From an uncultured virus (IMG/VR IMGVR_UViG_3300032167_007731) (Duplodnaviria; Heunggongvirae; Uroviricota; Caudoviricetes), in the IMG/VR virus record IMGVR_UViG_3300032167_007731: a stretch of 64,000 nt of DNA; one strand, 5' to 3'. Below are positions 1 to 9,323 of the stretch, piece by piece. Both the position numbers and the translations under genes were made by a program. Under the pieces are notes generated by a model, which saw only the letters and a program-made list of their open reading frames with translations, was not told where the DNA came from and searched no databases. Position 1 is the first letter of the stretch. The number at the start of each line of letters is the position of its first letter.

Positions 1-24
1 TTTATTAATTTATTTTTATTAGGG

Positions 25-49
25 TGCGGGTTCGTGAAACGAACCCGCA
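25..49. repeat. Perfect inverted repeat (11-bp stem, GAA loop), copy 1 of the GGTTCGTGAAACGAACC hairpin
   Basis: TGCGGGTTCGT-GAA-ACGAACCCGCA; GC-rich island in AT-rich intergenic DNA. Confidence 0.9.
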
Positions 50-201
50 TTATATTTGATTTTTTAAATGATATAGATAATATTTACCACTCTTTTGAAT
101 AATTGAACTTTTATACTACTATTACCCTTTTATTTGTATATTTATTTCACTTTTTCTAATTAGCCTATTTTTCCATATTATCTACTTACTTATTTATTAT
201 A

Positions 202-230
202 GTGGTTGGTTCGTGAAACGAACCAACCAC
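202..230. repeat. Perfect inverted repeat (13-bp stem, GAA loop), copy 2 of the same hairpin
   Basis: GTGGTTGGTTCGT-GAA-ACGAACCAACCAC; shares a 17-bp core with 25..49; lies just downstream of the stop of CDS 254..1138. Confidence 0.9.
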
Positions 231-253
231 GCCTATTGGCACAAATATATTTT

Positions 254-1138
254 TTAATAACGCTGATATTTAGTTAATTTACGCTTGATTTTTTCCCAAT
301 CATATTTATCATCATATTTTTTAACCCTTTTATATCTTTTGGTATATTCTGTATCATTATCTAAATACTCATCTGAAAATGTACCATAACACAACTGCAC
401 TATTTCCTCTGATATTCTGGACATCTCTTTACAATAACTTACCAAAAAATTCTGAATTATATCTTTTACATCACAATCCATTTTATAACTTAAAATATGA
501 GCAAATATATTCTTACCAGCAACACCCTTTATTACCTCACCACGAATAAATAAATCACCCTCACAAATTACTTCTCTTATATGTTCACAAACTCCATAAT
601 CTAAAGGTGTCTTTATATCCACTATTATAGGTACATTAGGAACATTATCTATCAATAAATAATCCAAATCACCATCTATCTCTATTACTTGAAACTTCTT
701 TGAAGTATCTGGAATTATACCCATTTTCTTTTGTTCATCTAATTGCTTTTTATGAACTTCTGGATAAGTCTGAACTTTCAAATCAATTTCTTCTTTTTCT
801 TGACCTAAACTATTATATTTATTTAAACAACCATCTACAACCAAATTGCCACAACTTACTGCTTTATCTACATCACCTACTATTGTCATATTACCCTTAC
901 AATAAATATTACGACATAAAGCATTTATTTCAAAACGAATAGGTACGCCATCCTCTAAACCTATTATTCTATAACCATCTGCATCATGGTCCTCTACATA
1001 CAATACATTATTACTTTGCAAAAACACACCTGTTATATGACGAGCACTACCATAATTATCTACCCACATTTTTGTACCATCATATTCTGGACCATATTTT
1101 GTCAATAACCATTGACGCTTGATATTTCTCAAATTCAT
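254..1138 (-). CDS. Hypothetical protein (possible short beta-solenoid repeats)
   Basis: 294-aa ORF with AAGGTG RBS; two similar segments, IYCKGNMTIVGDV and VICEGDLFIRGEV; no recognised family. Confidence 0.65.
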   Translation of the reverse strand: MNLRNIKRQWLLTKYGPEYDGTKMWVDNYGSARHITGVFLQSNNVLYVEDHDADGYRIIGLEDGVPIRFEINALCRNIYCKGNMTIVGDVDKAVSCGNLVVDGCLNKYNSLGQEKEEIDLKVQTYPEVHKKQLDEQKKMGIIPDTSKKFQVIEIDGDLDYLLIDNVPNVPIIVDIKTPLDYGVCEHIREVICEGDLFIRGEVIKGVAGKNIFAHILSYKMDCDVKDIIQNFLVSYCKEMSRISEEIVQLCYGTFSDEYLDNDTEYTKRYKRVKKYDDKYDWEKIKRKLTKYQRY

Positions 1139-1353
1139 AAATAATCACCTTCAATCAATACTGAATATTTAATAATCATTACTATAATCACCAATAACTA
1201 TTACAACATTATATACATTGAAAGATATTATAACAAATTTTAAATTTTCCCCTATAATTAATATTTAAACTGTAGCATTTTATGTCCAAAGAAAAAATCT
1301 GTTTATGTTTCAATATTTTATAATGCATGTTTTAAACTATTGAAAAATCAAAA

Positions 1354-1869
1354 TTAAGACCTCTTATAAACCTTATATTTTAAAATACAATTTCCTTTTA
1401 CTTTAGGGTCATAAACCTTACCAGTATTGTAATCATATCTTTTTTCATTTTCATCTATATATAAATAAGGACAAGGACTATTCAAAAAATAATGTCTATC
1501 CTTATAATAAGTAGAAGAACCATCTGTCATAGCATCTCTATATGCTTGTTCCTTATATTCTTCTGTATCAGTTATTTTTTTCCAACCTTCCATAACTGAT
1601 TTCTCTAAATCTGTTAATTCTCTCAAACCAACAGAATATACTTTCAAAGTTTCACCATCATACTCCACAAGAGAAGCATAATTCAAATCTAAAGTAGAAA
1701 TTCTACCATCTTTTTTCTTTAATTTTACATTCTTTGAACATACTTCAACAACAGGGCAAATATAATGGTCATCAGATTTCTTACCAAATCTTTCTAATAA
1801 CTCTAATCCCATTTTTCCTGTTGAAGCATCCCTTTTAAATTGAGCCAAAGTTAAAAATTTTTTAGCCAT
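1354..1869 (-). CDS. Hypothetical protein
   Basis: ORF track 1354..1878, but its GTG is part of the GAGGTG RBS; likely start is ATG 1869 (MAKKF). Confidence 0.75.
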   Translation of the reverse strand: MAKKFLTLAQFKRDASTGKMGLELLERFGKKSDDHYICPVVEVCSKNVKLKKKDGRISTLDLNYASLVEYDGETLKVYSVGLRELTDLEKSVMEGWKKITDTEEYKEQAYRDAMTDGSSTYYKDRHYFLNSPCPYLYIDENEKRYDYNTGKVYDPKVKGNCILKYKVYKRS

Positions 1870-1881
1870 ATTAAACACCTC

Positions 1882-2592
1882 TTATCTATATTTCTGATGC
1901 CTTTTCCTCTCATACCAATTTTCATTTGGATACCAACCTATACTTTCTACAAAAGTACTCATAAAAATTTTTATAGGTTGAAAAACATTTTCATCTACAA
2001 ATTCATTACCTATTTCTTTATTATCATTTTCACTTAATAATAAATATAATAAACCTACTTTTGTATACTCACCACACTCAAAAAGTTCTTCAGGTATAGA
2101 CCTATTAAAATCTAAATAAATAACAGAACTAAACTTAAAACCTGCATTATAAGTATTTTTTGTTAAACAGATAGGACAATAATTTCTAATAAAAAATCTA
2201 CAAGCCCTTTTTAATTCTGTATTAGAATATTCATAATCATTATCCTTTAATACTTTTTTTGCACCTTCTAAATTCAGTACTATAGGCACAATAGTATTAA
2301 AATTATTTTCTATTTTACTTAACATTATTTTTCTTTCTTCAATTGAAGAAAAATAACCTAATCCATCTAAATAAAAACCTTCTGCTAATTCCACATAAGA
2401 ATATACAATATCAAACTTATCACTATTTCTCTTTGCTTTCATTAAAAATACTATTTGAGCGTTTAATTGTTTTGCTAATTCTATGGTAAAATAATAACTC
2501 TTTTTATCTACAATTAAATTACAAAGTTCAGGTATCCCTGTATAATGTATTGGAATACATTTAGATTTAACCATTTTTACTGTCTTTTCCAT
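1882..2592 (-). CDS. Hypothetical protein
   Basis: 236-aa ORF, translationally coupled to the upstream gene (TAATG overlap). Confidence 0.7.
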   Translation of the reverse strand: MEKTVKMVKSKCIPIHYTGIPELCNLIVDKKSYYFTIELAKQLNAQIVFLMKAKRNSDKFDIVYSYVELAEGFYLDGLGYFSSIEERKIMLSKIENNFNTIVPIVLNLEGAKKVLKDNDYEYSNTELKRACRFFIRNYCPICLTKNTYNAGFKFSSVIYLDFNRSIPEELFECGEYTKVGLLYLLLSENDNKEIGNEFVDENVFQPIKIFMSTFVESIGWYPNENWYERKRHQKYR

Positions 2593-2858
2593 TATATTTT
2601 ACCCTTCTTTCTAACAATAATTTCAATAGTATATTCATCACAATGTTTTACTATACCCTCTTCTAAATCAATACTATCCAAAGTGGAAACTATCTTGTCA
2701 ATAGGTATAGAATTAGCAACTTCAACTTTACAGAAATTTAAAAAGCGCAAAGCCTTTCTCCTACAAGTTTCAATACCACTTATATTCCCTATTGAATAAC
2801 ACAATATCTCACCGTCATTAAACTTAATTTCTATACACAATTTCAACATAATTAACAC
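2592..2858 (-). CDS. Small hypothetical protein
   Basis: ORF with GAGGTG RBS; true start probably the ATG three codons in. Confidence 0.65.
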   Translation of the reverse strand: MLIMLKLCIEIKFNDGEILCYSIGNISGIETCRRKALRFLNFCKVEVANSIPIDKIVSTLDSIDLEEGIVKHCDEYTIEIIVRKKGKI

Positions 2859-2944
2859 CTCACTTTAATACAAAATAAAGATTTCTGTCTCTTTTTACTA
2901 TGTTGTATTTATTTATTTATGTCCATATAATTATTTTAAAATTA

Positions 2945-2970
2945 AATAAACCCTCTAACGAGGGTTTATT
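2945..2970 (-). terminator. Intrinsic terminator-like hairpin
   Basis: AATAAACCCTC-taac-GAGGGTTTATT downstream of CDS 2995..3594. Confidence 0.75.
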
Positions 2971-2994
2971 CTATTGACACAAATATAATAAAAT

Positions 2995-3594
2995 TTAATT
3001 TGCTGGTACACTACCTGCTGCACCTATACTTACAATAAATAATAAAAGATAAAAGAAAATAGGCACTAATAACAAACACAACGCTATAATTTTATCATTC
3101 TTAGATTTCACAATCAAATGCTCACCATTTGAATCTGTAAAACCATCAGTAAACAATAAAATCATATCTATAAAAGAACCTATACCTAAAAAACCAAAAG
3201 TAAATAAATATAATAAACCTGTTCCTATTTTTCCTACATAAAAACGATGTCCACCAATATTTCCTAAAAAATACCACATAAGATAAGTAGGTAAAAAATT
3301 CTTTCTCTGATTAACCTTTGTTAATATTGGTGTTCCATTTACCGTTTGATTAGTATTAACATCATTAGAATTATTAATTACAATATTAACCTTTTTATCA
3401 TCTATTTCACTAGCATAATCTTTTTTAACTTTTTGTTCTGCCTTTTGTTCTGCTAACTTATCCATTACCTTTGGTAAATCTGCCTTACAAAACAATCTAC
3501 CTTTTAACTCTACCAAGCAATCTTCACAAAAAGGTTTTCCACAATATGCACAACAACCTGACGCTTCTCTATCTTTATGAATAGTACAATTCAT
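2995..3594 (-). CDS. B-box-like zinc finger plus TM2-domain membrane protein
   Basis: N-terminal CTIH...CAYCGKPFCEDC; TM2 signature FLGNIGGHRFYVGKIGTGLLYLFTFGFLGIGSFID; C-terminal TM helix. Confidence 0.85.
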   Translation of the reverse strand: MNCTIHKDREASGCCAYCGKPFCEDCLVELKGRLFCKADLPKVMDKLAEQKAEQKVKKDYASEIDDKKVNIVINNSNDVNTNQTVNGTPILTKVNQRKNFLPTYLMWYFLGNIGGHRFYVGKIGTGLLYLFTFGFLGIGSFIDMILLFTDGFTDSNGEHLIVKSKNDKIIALCLLLVPIFFYLLLFIVSIGAAGSVPAN

Positions 3595-3696
3595 AAAACA
3601 TACCTCCTAAAATTATTTTATATATCAAAGAATAACCTGGTATTTATTAAATAGATAGTATGTAATAAGTGGATATCCCTTGATTTTTATTTTAAC

Positions 3697-5151
3697 TTAT
3701 TCTTCTATATCTACAAATTCTTGTCCTTCAAAATCTGATTCTTCATAATCCATATCTTCTATATCTTGATAATCACCATTTTCTAATCTTTCTGCTTCTT
3801 CTAATGCTGCTTTATTCATTTTTACATTAGCATTAGGCATAGGATGTTTCTTACTCTTTTGATTTGCTTTCTTTAATTCATCCCTCTTCATACCCATTTT
3901 ATTAGAAGCCTCAATAGCAACATTACCATATTTCAAGATATTCTTAAAGATTCTTTCTTGTTCTTCATCTAAATCTTCTGGAATTTGAACATCTCCTGTA
4001 ACATAATTATGTAAAGTTAAATGACAATTTACACAAAGAGTTAAACCGTTTTCAACAGTATCAGGACCACCTGCATATACAGGAATCAAATGATGATATA
4101 CTAGAACACCTGCCCATTGAGGACCACCTGTTCCACAACAACGACACTTATTTCCATCTCTTATCAATGTAGCTTTTTTAACAGAATCATCTACAAAAGT
4201 TCTTTCACCTACTTTTTGGTGCATACTATCTTTTCTAATTTCATCTGTCATATTCAAAGCTTCAATAGAATCCTCATCAACATCTCTATCTAAATCTCTC
4301 ATTTCAAGTAAATCCTTTACTTCTGTATCAGATAATTTTTCTATTTCTGCATCAGGGTCATCATCATAACCAAAATTTTGTGTCTGTTTAATACCATCTC
4401 CATCTACACTCATTTTATCTTCTCTCTCAAGCTTATCTTCTTTCTTTCTCTCATTACATAATTTCTTATAAGCCTGTTCAATACTATATTTACCAATTAA
4501 TAATCCATCCTTAAAATCATCATATGAATGGTCTGAGAGCATAACATCTTTTAATTTCATAGCATCACCAGGTTCCATTTGTAATAAATACTCTATTAAT
4601 CCTGGTGTAGCATCATTTACAGACTCTAAAACTTTCATCTGCTCCCACATTTCTTTTGGAGTGAATCTCTGATTTCTATTAATCATAAGAGAAATAATAT
4701 TTGCTAATTCTTTACCCTCTCTCTTATCTGAAAAATTCCATATCATTGCCTCAATAGTTTTCTGACCTGCCCTTAATGCAGCATAAACTCTACGAAGACC
4801 ATCTAACAACTGATAACAGTCACCATCTTCCAATGCCAATACATGAATAGGTGAAACTACACCCCACTCACTTACAACACCAGTTAAACCTGAAACTGAA
4901 TCAGACCTACTTATCTTCTTAAAATTAGAAGTTATAATAGAATCTAATTCTATCTCTTTTTTTACTATTTCCAAATTTGATTTTATATTTGCTAACTGAT
5001 GTAATACCTTTTCTTCACCATCAAAAATAGAATCATACTCTTCAGACATTTTAGCAGATTTCTTTGGTTTCTTACCACTCTTTTTTCTCTCTTCTGCTTC
5101 AATGCGTTCATCTTCTAACTCAAAGACATCTTTTTCCATATCATCAAACAT
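3697..5151 (-). CDS. ParB/Srx-like N-terminal domain fused to an HNH endonuclease
   Basis: GVVSPIHV...YQLLDGLRRVYAA (ParB-like GxxR); RDGNKCRCCG...HHLIPVYAGGPDTVENGLTLCVNCH (HNH with CxxC pairs); acidic termini. Confidence 0.85.
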   Translation of the reverse strand: MFDDMEKDVFELEDERIEAEERKKSGKKPKKSAKMSEEYDSIFDGEEKVLHQLANIKSNLEIVKKEIELDSIITSNFKKISRSDSVSGLTGVVSEWGVVSPIHVLALEDGDCYQLLDGLRRVYAALRAGQKTIEAMIWNFSDKREGKELANIISLMINRNQRFTPKEMWEQMKVLESVNDATPGLIEYLLQMEPGDAMKLKDVMLSDHSYDDFKDGLLIGKYSIEQAYKKLCNERKKEDKLEREDKMSVDGDGIKQTQNFGYDDDPDAEIEKLSDTEVKDLLEMRDLDRDVDEDSIEALNMTDEIRKDSMHQKVGERTFVDDSVKKATLIRDGNKCRCCGTGGPQWAGVLVYHHLIPVYAGGPDTVENGLTLCVNCHLTLHNYVTGDVQIPEDLDEEQERIFKNILKYGNVAIEASNKMGMKRDELKKANQKSKKHPMPNANVKMNKAALEEAERLENGDYQDIEDMDYEESDFEGQEFVDIEE

Positions 5152-5344
5152 TAACTACACACCTTTCTACTCTGCAATAACATAATTAAATTACATTTAT
5201 AAAAATAAAATACTAAAAATTTTACAATTTCTATACTATATTATTTTTTTATGTTTTATATTTTTTCTTTTATGCATCAAAGTAATTTTTATAGTTATAC
5301 ATACACTTTACTATGTAAAATTTTTAATACTTTATAAATTAAAA

Positions 5345-5376
5345 AATGGTTTAACCTTTTCATAGGTTAAACCATT
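5345..5376 (-). terminator. Intrinsic terminator
   Basis: AATGGTTTAACCT-tttcat-AGGTTAAACCATT with an adjacent A-run (U-tract on minus). Confidence 0.85.
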
Positions 5377-5390
5377 CAACTAATAGAGTT

Positions 5391-6482
5391 TTAATAATTT
5401 ACTAAAACCATTTGAGCACCATTACTACTCTCTAAATTTTTTAATTCATTTGCAGTATTTTCAGTGTTACAATAATCATCATTATAATAATTCGCCCAAT
5501 TAGTAGAAGAATAAACTAAATATCCTGTTTCTGTCTTTTCTCTTATTACAATATAATGAGAACCATATGTATATCTACCACCATAATCACTACCTACTAC
5601 ATATATAACCATACCACCTTGACTTAAACAAGCATCTACTTTTTCTATATCAAAATAATCAGCTACTTCTGTTCTCAAACCACATTCCTCTATTACAGCA
5701 GCTAAATCAGTATGCTTAAATGCACCTGCACCATCACCATCACTATTACATAAAACCAAATCACTATCAGGATGTCTTAACTCATAGGTATTTACTGCTA
5801 ACGCAACTTCTGGCACATTTATATATCTTCCTAACATTGTAGATAATACACAAGCAGTACTATAAGCACCACAAGCACTTGCAGCAAAAGTGCTATCACC
5901 TGAACTTAAATTATTCCATTCTTCAGGCTTACAATTTCCTGAAGTTTGAGAATAACGAACAACACCTTTACCATTTTTTCTTTCCCATTTATCTACTGAA
6001 TAATCATAATTATCAGCATTTTCATTTATTGGTTTTTTACCTACTTCACTTAATAATTGTATAGACTTTGTTCTTCTATTTCCAGACAACTGATAAACAT
6101 ATTCAGTTAAATCACCCCAAGGTCCTTGAAACTCGCCAGGAGTTTCCTTAAATTCACCCTTTGATATATTTAACTTATTTATATATTCTTCTGTCATAGA
6201 AGAACAACAAGAAACTGTATTATCTTTTACTGTTCTAACAGAAGGTAAATATAACCCATTAAAATGATTTTTAATAACATACTCTGTATCAATAAATACC
6301 CTATTATTAAATCTTTCTTCTATCATATCTTGATAAGTATTATTTGGACTAATTAAAATATTTTTACTCACATCCAAAGGTCCTTGACCACCCATTATCA
6401 CACTATTTTCAAAAGCATATACAGGACTCACAAAAACCACACTTATTAAACAAAATAACATAAAAATTCTTCTTAATTTCAT
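5391..6482 (-). CDS. Secreted C39-like (papain-fold) cysteine peptidase/amidase
   Basis: Signal peptide MKLRRIFMLFCLISVVFVSPVYA (ATG 6482; ORF track starts at 6548); YSQ...SACGAYSTACVLS catalytic Cys and SHYIVI catalytic His. Confidence 0.75.
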   Translation of the reverse strand: MKLRRIFMLFCLISVVFVSPVYAFENSVIMGGQGPLDVSKNILISPNNTYQDMIEERFNNRVFIDTEYVIKNHFNGLYLPSVRTVKDNTVSCCSSMTEEYINKLNISKGEFKETPGEFQGPWGDLTEYVYQLSGNRRTKSIQLLSEVGKKPINENADNYDYSVDKWERKNGKGVVRYSQTSGNCKPEEWNNLSSGDSTFAASACGAYSTACVLSTMLGRYINVPEVALAVNTYELRHPDSDLVLCNSDGDGAGAFKHTDLAAVIEECGLRTEVADYFDIEKVDACLSQGGMVIYVVGSDYGGRYTYGSHYIVIREKTETGYLVYSSTNWANYYNDDYCNTENTANELKNLESSNGAQMVLVNY

Positions 6483-6560
6483 ATTCTCTCGCCTACTTTC
6501 ACTAAAATTTCGTTGATACATTTTGAAATTACGACTTTGCAACCTCAAATAAATATAAAA

Positions 6561-6600
6561 TTAGCCCATTTAGTCAATTTTTGATGACTAAATGAGCCAA
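6561..6600 (-). terminator. Intrinsic terminator
   Basis: Minus: UUGGCUCAUUUAGUCA-loop-UGACUAAAUGGGCUAA-UUUUAUAUUU; the G-U pairs work only on the minus strand. Confidence 0.8.
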
Positions 6601-6627
6601 CATTAAATAAAATTGATAACTTAAATA

Positions 6628-7272
6628 TTATTCATTTATGATATACACTTTTGCAGTAGTATTATATTCAGGTCTATAACAATTAGAATGATTTTCTACA
6701 TAAATATCTAATTTATTACCTTTAATAGCACCACCTACATCTTGAACAATTCTTTCACCAACACCCTCAATATAAATTTTTGTTCCTAGAGGAATTTTTC
6801 TTCTATCTGCTGCTACTGTAATACCCTCTTGCGCACGAACACCTGAAGCTGTATTACTTCCATAACCCTCTGAACAAGAATAACAAGGGCAATAACCTGT
6901 CAATTTGTAATCACCTATGTACTCATACTTATCTGCTTTTTCTTGTAATTCTAATTTCTTTTCCTGTAATTCTAATAAACTACTTTCCAAAACTTTTTTA
7001 CTTTCCTCTGCTTCAGCCCAAATATCTTTTGCCCTTTGAATAACTATGTCATCCTCAGAAAGATTTAATGCTCTCGCAGAATTTGCTAAATCATGAGCCT
7101 TTGATTGAGTTTCCAAATAAGCTGCTAATTCATTTTCAACTCTTACTATTTCTACCTCACAATTCTCAATTTCCTTTTCATAATCAACTGCAAATACACT
7201 TGATAATGAAATCGCTAAGACACATAGCACCACCACAGTACTCAATATGCCTACTTTTTTCAAACTTACCAT
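6628..7272 (-). CDS. Secreted coiled-coil plus 3D-domain (MltA-like) cell-wall protein
   Basis: Signal peptide, coiled coil, then LTGYC...TASG...[18 protein letters not shown]...[15 protein letters not shown] with the three conserved Asp. Confidence 0.9.
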   Translation of the reverse strand: MVSLKKVGILSTVVVLCVLAISLSSVFAVDYEKEIENCEVEIVRVENELAAYLETQSKAHDLANSARALNLSEDDIVIQRAKDIWAEAEESKKVLESSLLELQEKKLELQEKADKYEYIGDYKLTGYCPCYSCSEGYGSNTASGVRAQEGITVAADRRKIPLGTKIYIEGVGERIVQDVGGAIKGNKLDIYVENHSNCYRPEYNTTAKVYIINE

Positions 7273-7419
7273 AGTAACCTCCTAATTTTTATATGTACTA
7301 TTCAGCACACATGTTAAATTTTTAGCATAGTAGCATATGCAGACCTGTTTAGGTCATAAAATACAATTAACTTTGTAGAATACACAATAAGATACCCTAC
7401 AAAGTTAAATTATAAATAT

Positions 7420-7448
7420 ATTATAACATAAATTTTCCAATTTTGCAA
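7420..7448 (-). promoter_or_regulatory. sigmaA-type promoter (extended -10)
   Basis: Minus: TTGCAA-17 nt-TATAAT with TGn; upstream of the 3D-domain gene. Confidence 0.7.
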
Positions 7449-7515
7449 TACCCATAAGAAAAATATTAATATTTTTTTAATACTTATTTAACAAACTGCA
7501 CAAAAACAACAAAAA

Positions 7516-8079
7516 TTACTTAAGATACTTTGTCATCTCTTCTAAATAAATATCTTTATCCTCTTCTAAAAAACAACAAAAACCAACTTTCTTTATAATC
7601 GAATTTCTATTCTCAAAAAAGGTCATAACAGTTTCTATTGCTATTTTACATGCCTCTTCTTTTGGAAAATGATATATTCCTGTACTTATACAAGGAAATG
7701 CAATAGATTCCATACCATATTGTTCAGCTAATTTCAAACTATTTATATAGCAATTCTTTAACTGTTCTCTATACTTATCTTTTCTACTCTCTGAATCTGA
7801 ATTATGCCATATAGGTCCTACAGTATGAATAATATAATAACACTTTAAATCAAAACCTCTAGTTATCTTTGCTTCCCCTGTTTCACAACCACCTAATGTC
7901 TTACATTCTTCAAGAAGTTTAGGTCCTGCTGCATAATGAATTGCACCATCTACACCACCACCACCTAATAAGGTTTTATTAGCCGCATTTACAATACATT
8001 CATACTCTAAATCAGTAATATCACCTTTAATAACTTCAATATTTATATTATCACCACTATATTTTGTTACAAAATACAT
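7516..8079 (-). CDS. Macrodomain protein (ADP-ribosylhydrolase / O-acetyl-ADP-ribose deacetylase, YmdB-like)
   Basis: GDIT, IVNAANKTLLGGGGVDGAIH, IIHTVGP, IAFPCISTGIYHFP motifs. Confidence 0.95.
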   Translation of the reverse strand: MYFVTKYSGDNINIEVIKGDITDLEYECIVNAANKTLLGGGGVDGAIHYAAGPKLLEECKTLGGCETGEAKITRGFDLKCYYIIHTVGPIWHNSDSESRKDKYREQLKNCYINSLKLAEQYGMESIAFPCISTGIYHFPKEEACKIAIETVMTFFENRNSIIKKVGFCCFLEEDKDIYLEEMTKYLK

Positions 8080-8085
8080 ACTTAA

Positions 8086-8289
8086 TTACTCCTTTTTCTC
8101 TCTATTATACAAACTTATACTACTTAATATAACACAAGCCAAATAACAACCAAAAGAAATAGAAGTTGTTATTTTTACTGCTACCAATTCTGTTAAAAAG
8201 AAATTTAAAATAGATGCAATTGCAGCAATAGAATATAAAATAATCTGAAAAATAATTCTCTTTCTTACTTTCATATTACTGTTCTCCAA
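8086..8289 (-). CDS. Small two-TM membrane protein
   Basis: Two hydrophobic helices; in operon context. Confidence 0.6.
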   Translation of the reverse strand: MENSNMKVRKRIIFQIILYSIAAIASILNFFLTELVAVKITTSISFGCYLACVILSSISLYNREKKE

Positions 8290-8551
8290 TTAAAAGATAT
8301 TTATTTATCTCTTTACCATCTAATTTTCTAACAGGAACAGTATCAGAAACCATATTTAATTCACCAATATAGTTCTTATCCTTACAATAAATACAAACTG
8401 AAGGTTTTAATTCCACACTGCCTACTAACTTCTCTTGATTACCTGATATTTTCATATATACTTTACCATCATATTCATCATCTGACAACCCTAATACAAA
8501 AACATCACCTTTAACTAATTCTTTGAATAACATAATTTTTCCTCCCATCAT
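8276..8551 (-). CDS. Small hypothetical protein
   Basis: Likely start at MLFKELVKG behind GGAGG; no family recognised. Confidence 0.65.
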   Translation of the reverse strand: MMGGKIMLFKELVKGDVFVLGLSDDEYDGKVYMKISGNQEKLVGSVELKPSVCIYCKDKNYIGELNMVSDTVPVRKLDGKEINKYLLIGEQ

Positions 8552-9048
8552 TATTCAAAACAAAAATTTTCTTCACCTAACAAATATTTTTTAACATCTA
8601 TCAATCTTTGATTATTACTACCCCTAAACCTACACAAATAGTCCTTTTTCTCTAAAATAAAAGGTCCATCTACAATAACATCTATATAAGGTAATAAAGT
8701 TTCTTTGATTTCAGGATATTTTTCAACTAATTTATCTATTGTATAACCTGTAAAAACCCAAACATTCTTTTTTCTTTCCTTTATTGCTTTACATAATTCA
8801 AGCATCTCATCAAAATTACAAGGAGAAAATGGTTCACCACCACTTAAAGTTATTCCTGCTAAAATACTATCAGAATCAAAAATATTTAATACTTCTTCAA
8901 CTGTTAAATGATTGCACTCTTTATCATAGTCCCAAGTTTCAGGATTATGACAACCTTTACAATGATGAGGACAACCTTGAAAAAATAAAGTCATTCTTAT
9001 ACCTGAACCATCTACAATAGAATCCATTTCAATACCACTTATATTCAT
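8551..9048 (-). CDS. nrdG: Anaerobic ribonucleotide reductase activating protein (radical SAM)
   Basis: SIVDGSGIRMTLFFQGCPHHCKGCHNPETW (CxxxCxxC), GITLSGGEP, DVIVDGPF, FRGSNNQR. Confidence 0.95.
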   Translation of the reverse strand: MNISGIEMDSIVDGSGIRMTLFFQGCPHHCKGCHNPETWDYDKECNHLTVEEVLNIFDSDSILAGITLSGGEPFSPCNFDEMLELCKAIKERKKNVWVFTGYTIDKLVEKYPEIKETLLPYIDVIVDGPFILEKKDYLCRFRGSNNQRLIDVKKYLLGEENFCFE

Positions 9049-9052
9049 AAAC

Positions 9053-9307
9053 CTATTTTCTCTCCTTTTTAACTCTTATTATAGGAGAAGTAGGTTCTAT
9101 CCTACATTCTCCTGTCTCCCAATCAAAACCTAAATTTATTGCTTTTATTCCTACATTCCCTCTTCTACCTATTGACAAATCTTCTGTAGTAATAAGTACA
9201 TCAACTTCATCAGGATTATTAACTCCATCTGTTCTATAACCATTAACTACTTCTTCATATATGGCATCAACAACCCTTTTTAAATCTGATAATTTCATTT
9301 CATTCAT
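9053..9307 (-). CDS. Small hypothetical protein
   Basis: 84-aa ORF with AAGGGG RBS, in operon. Confidence 0.7.
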   Translation of the reverse strand: MNEMKLSDLKRVVDAIYEEVVNGYRTDGVNNPDEVDVLITTEDLSIGRRGNVGIKAINLGFDWETGECRIEPTSPIIRVKKERK

Positions 9308-9323
9308 GACAGAATAACCCCTT

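Noticed and set aside
25..230. Twin hairpins as a CRISPR array or LexA (Cheo) boxes
   Set aside because: Only two copies about 150 bp apart with non-identical arms and no cas genes; the arrangement is GTTC...GAAC, the reverse of GAAC-N4-GTTC.
7285..7412. c-di-AMP (ydaO) or c-di-GMP riboswitch before the 3D gene
   Set aside because: Only an isolated GCTGAAT is present; the other conserved elements and GC-rich stems are absent.
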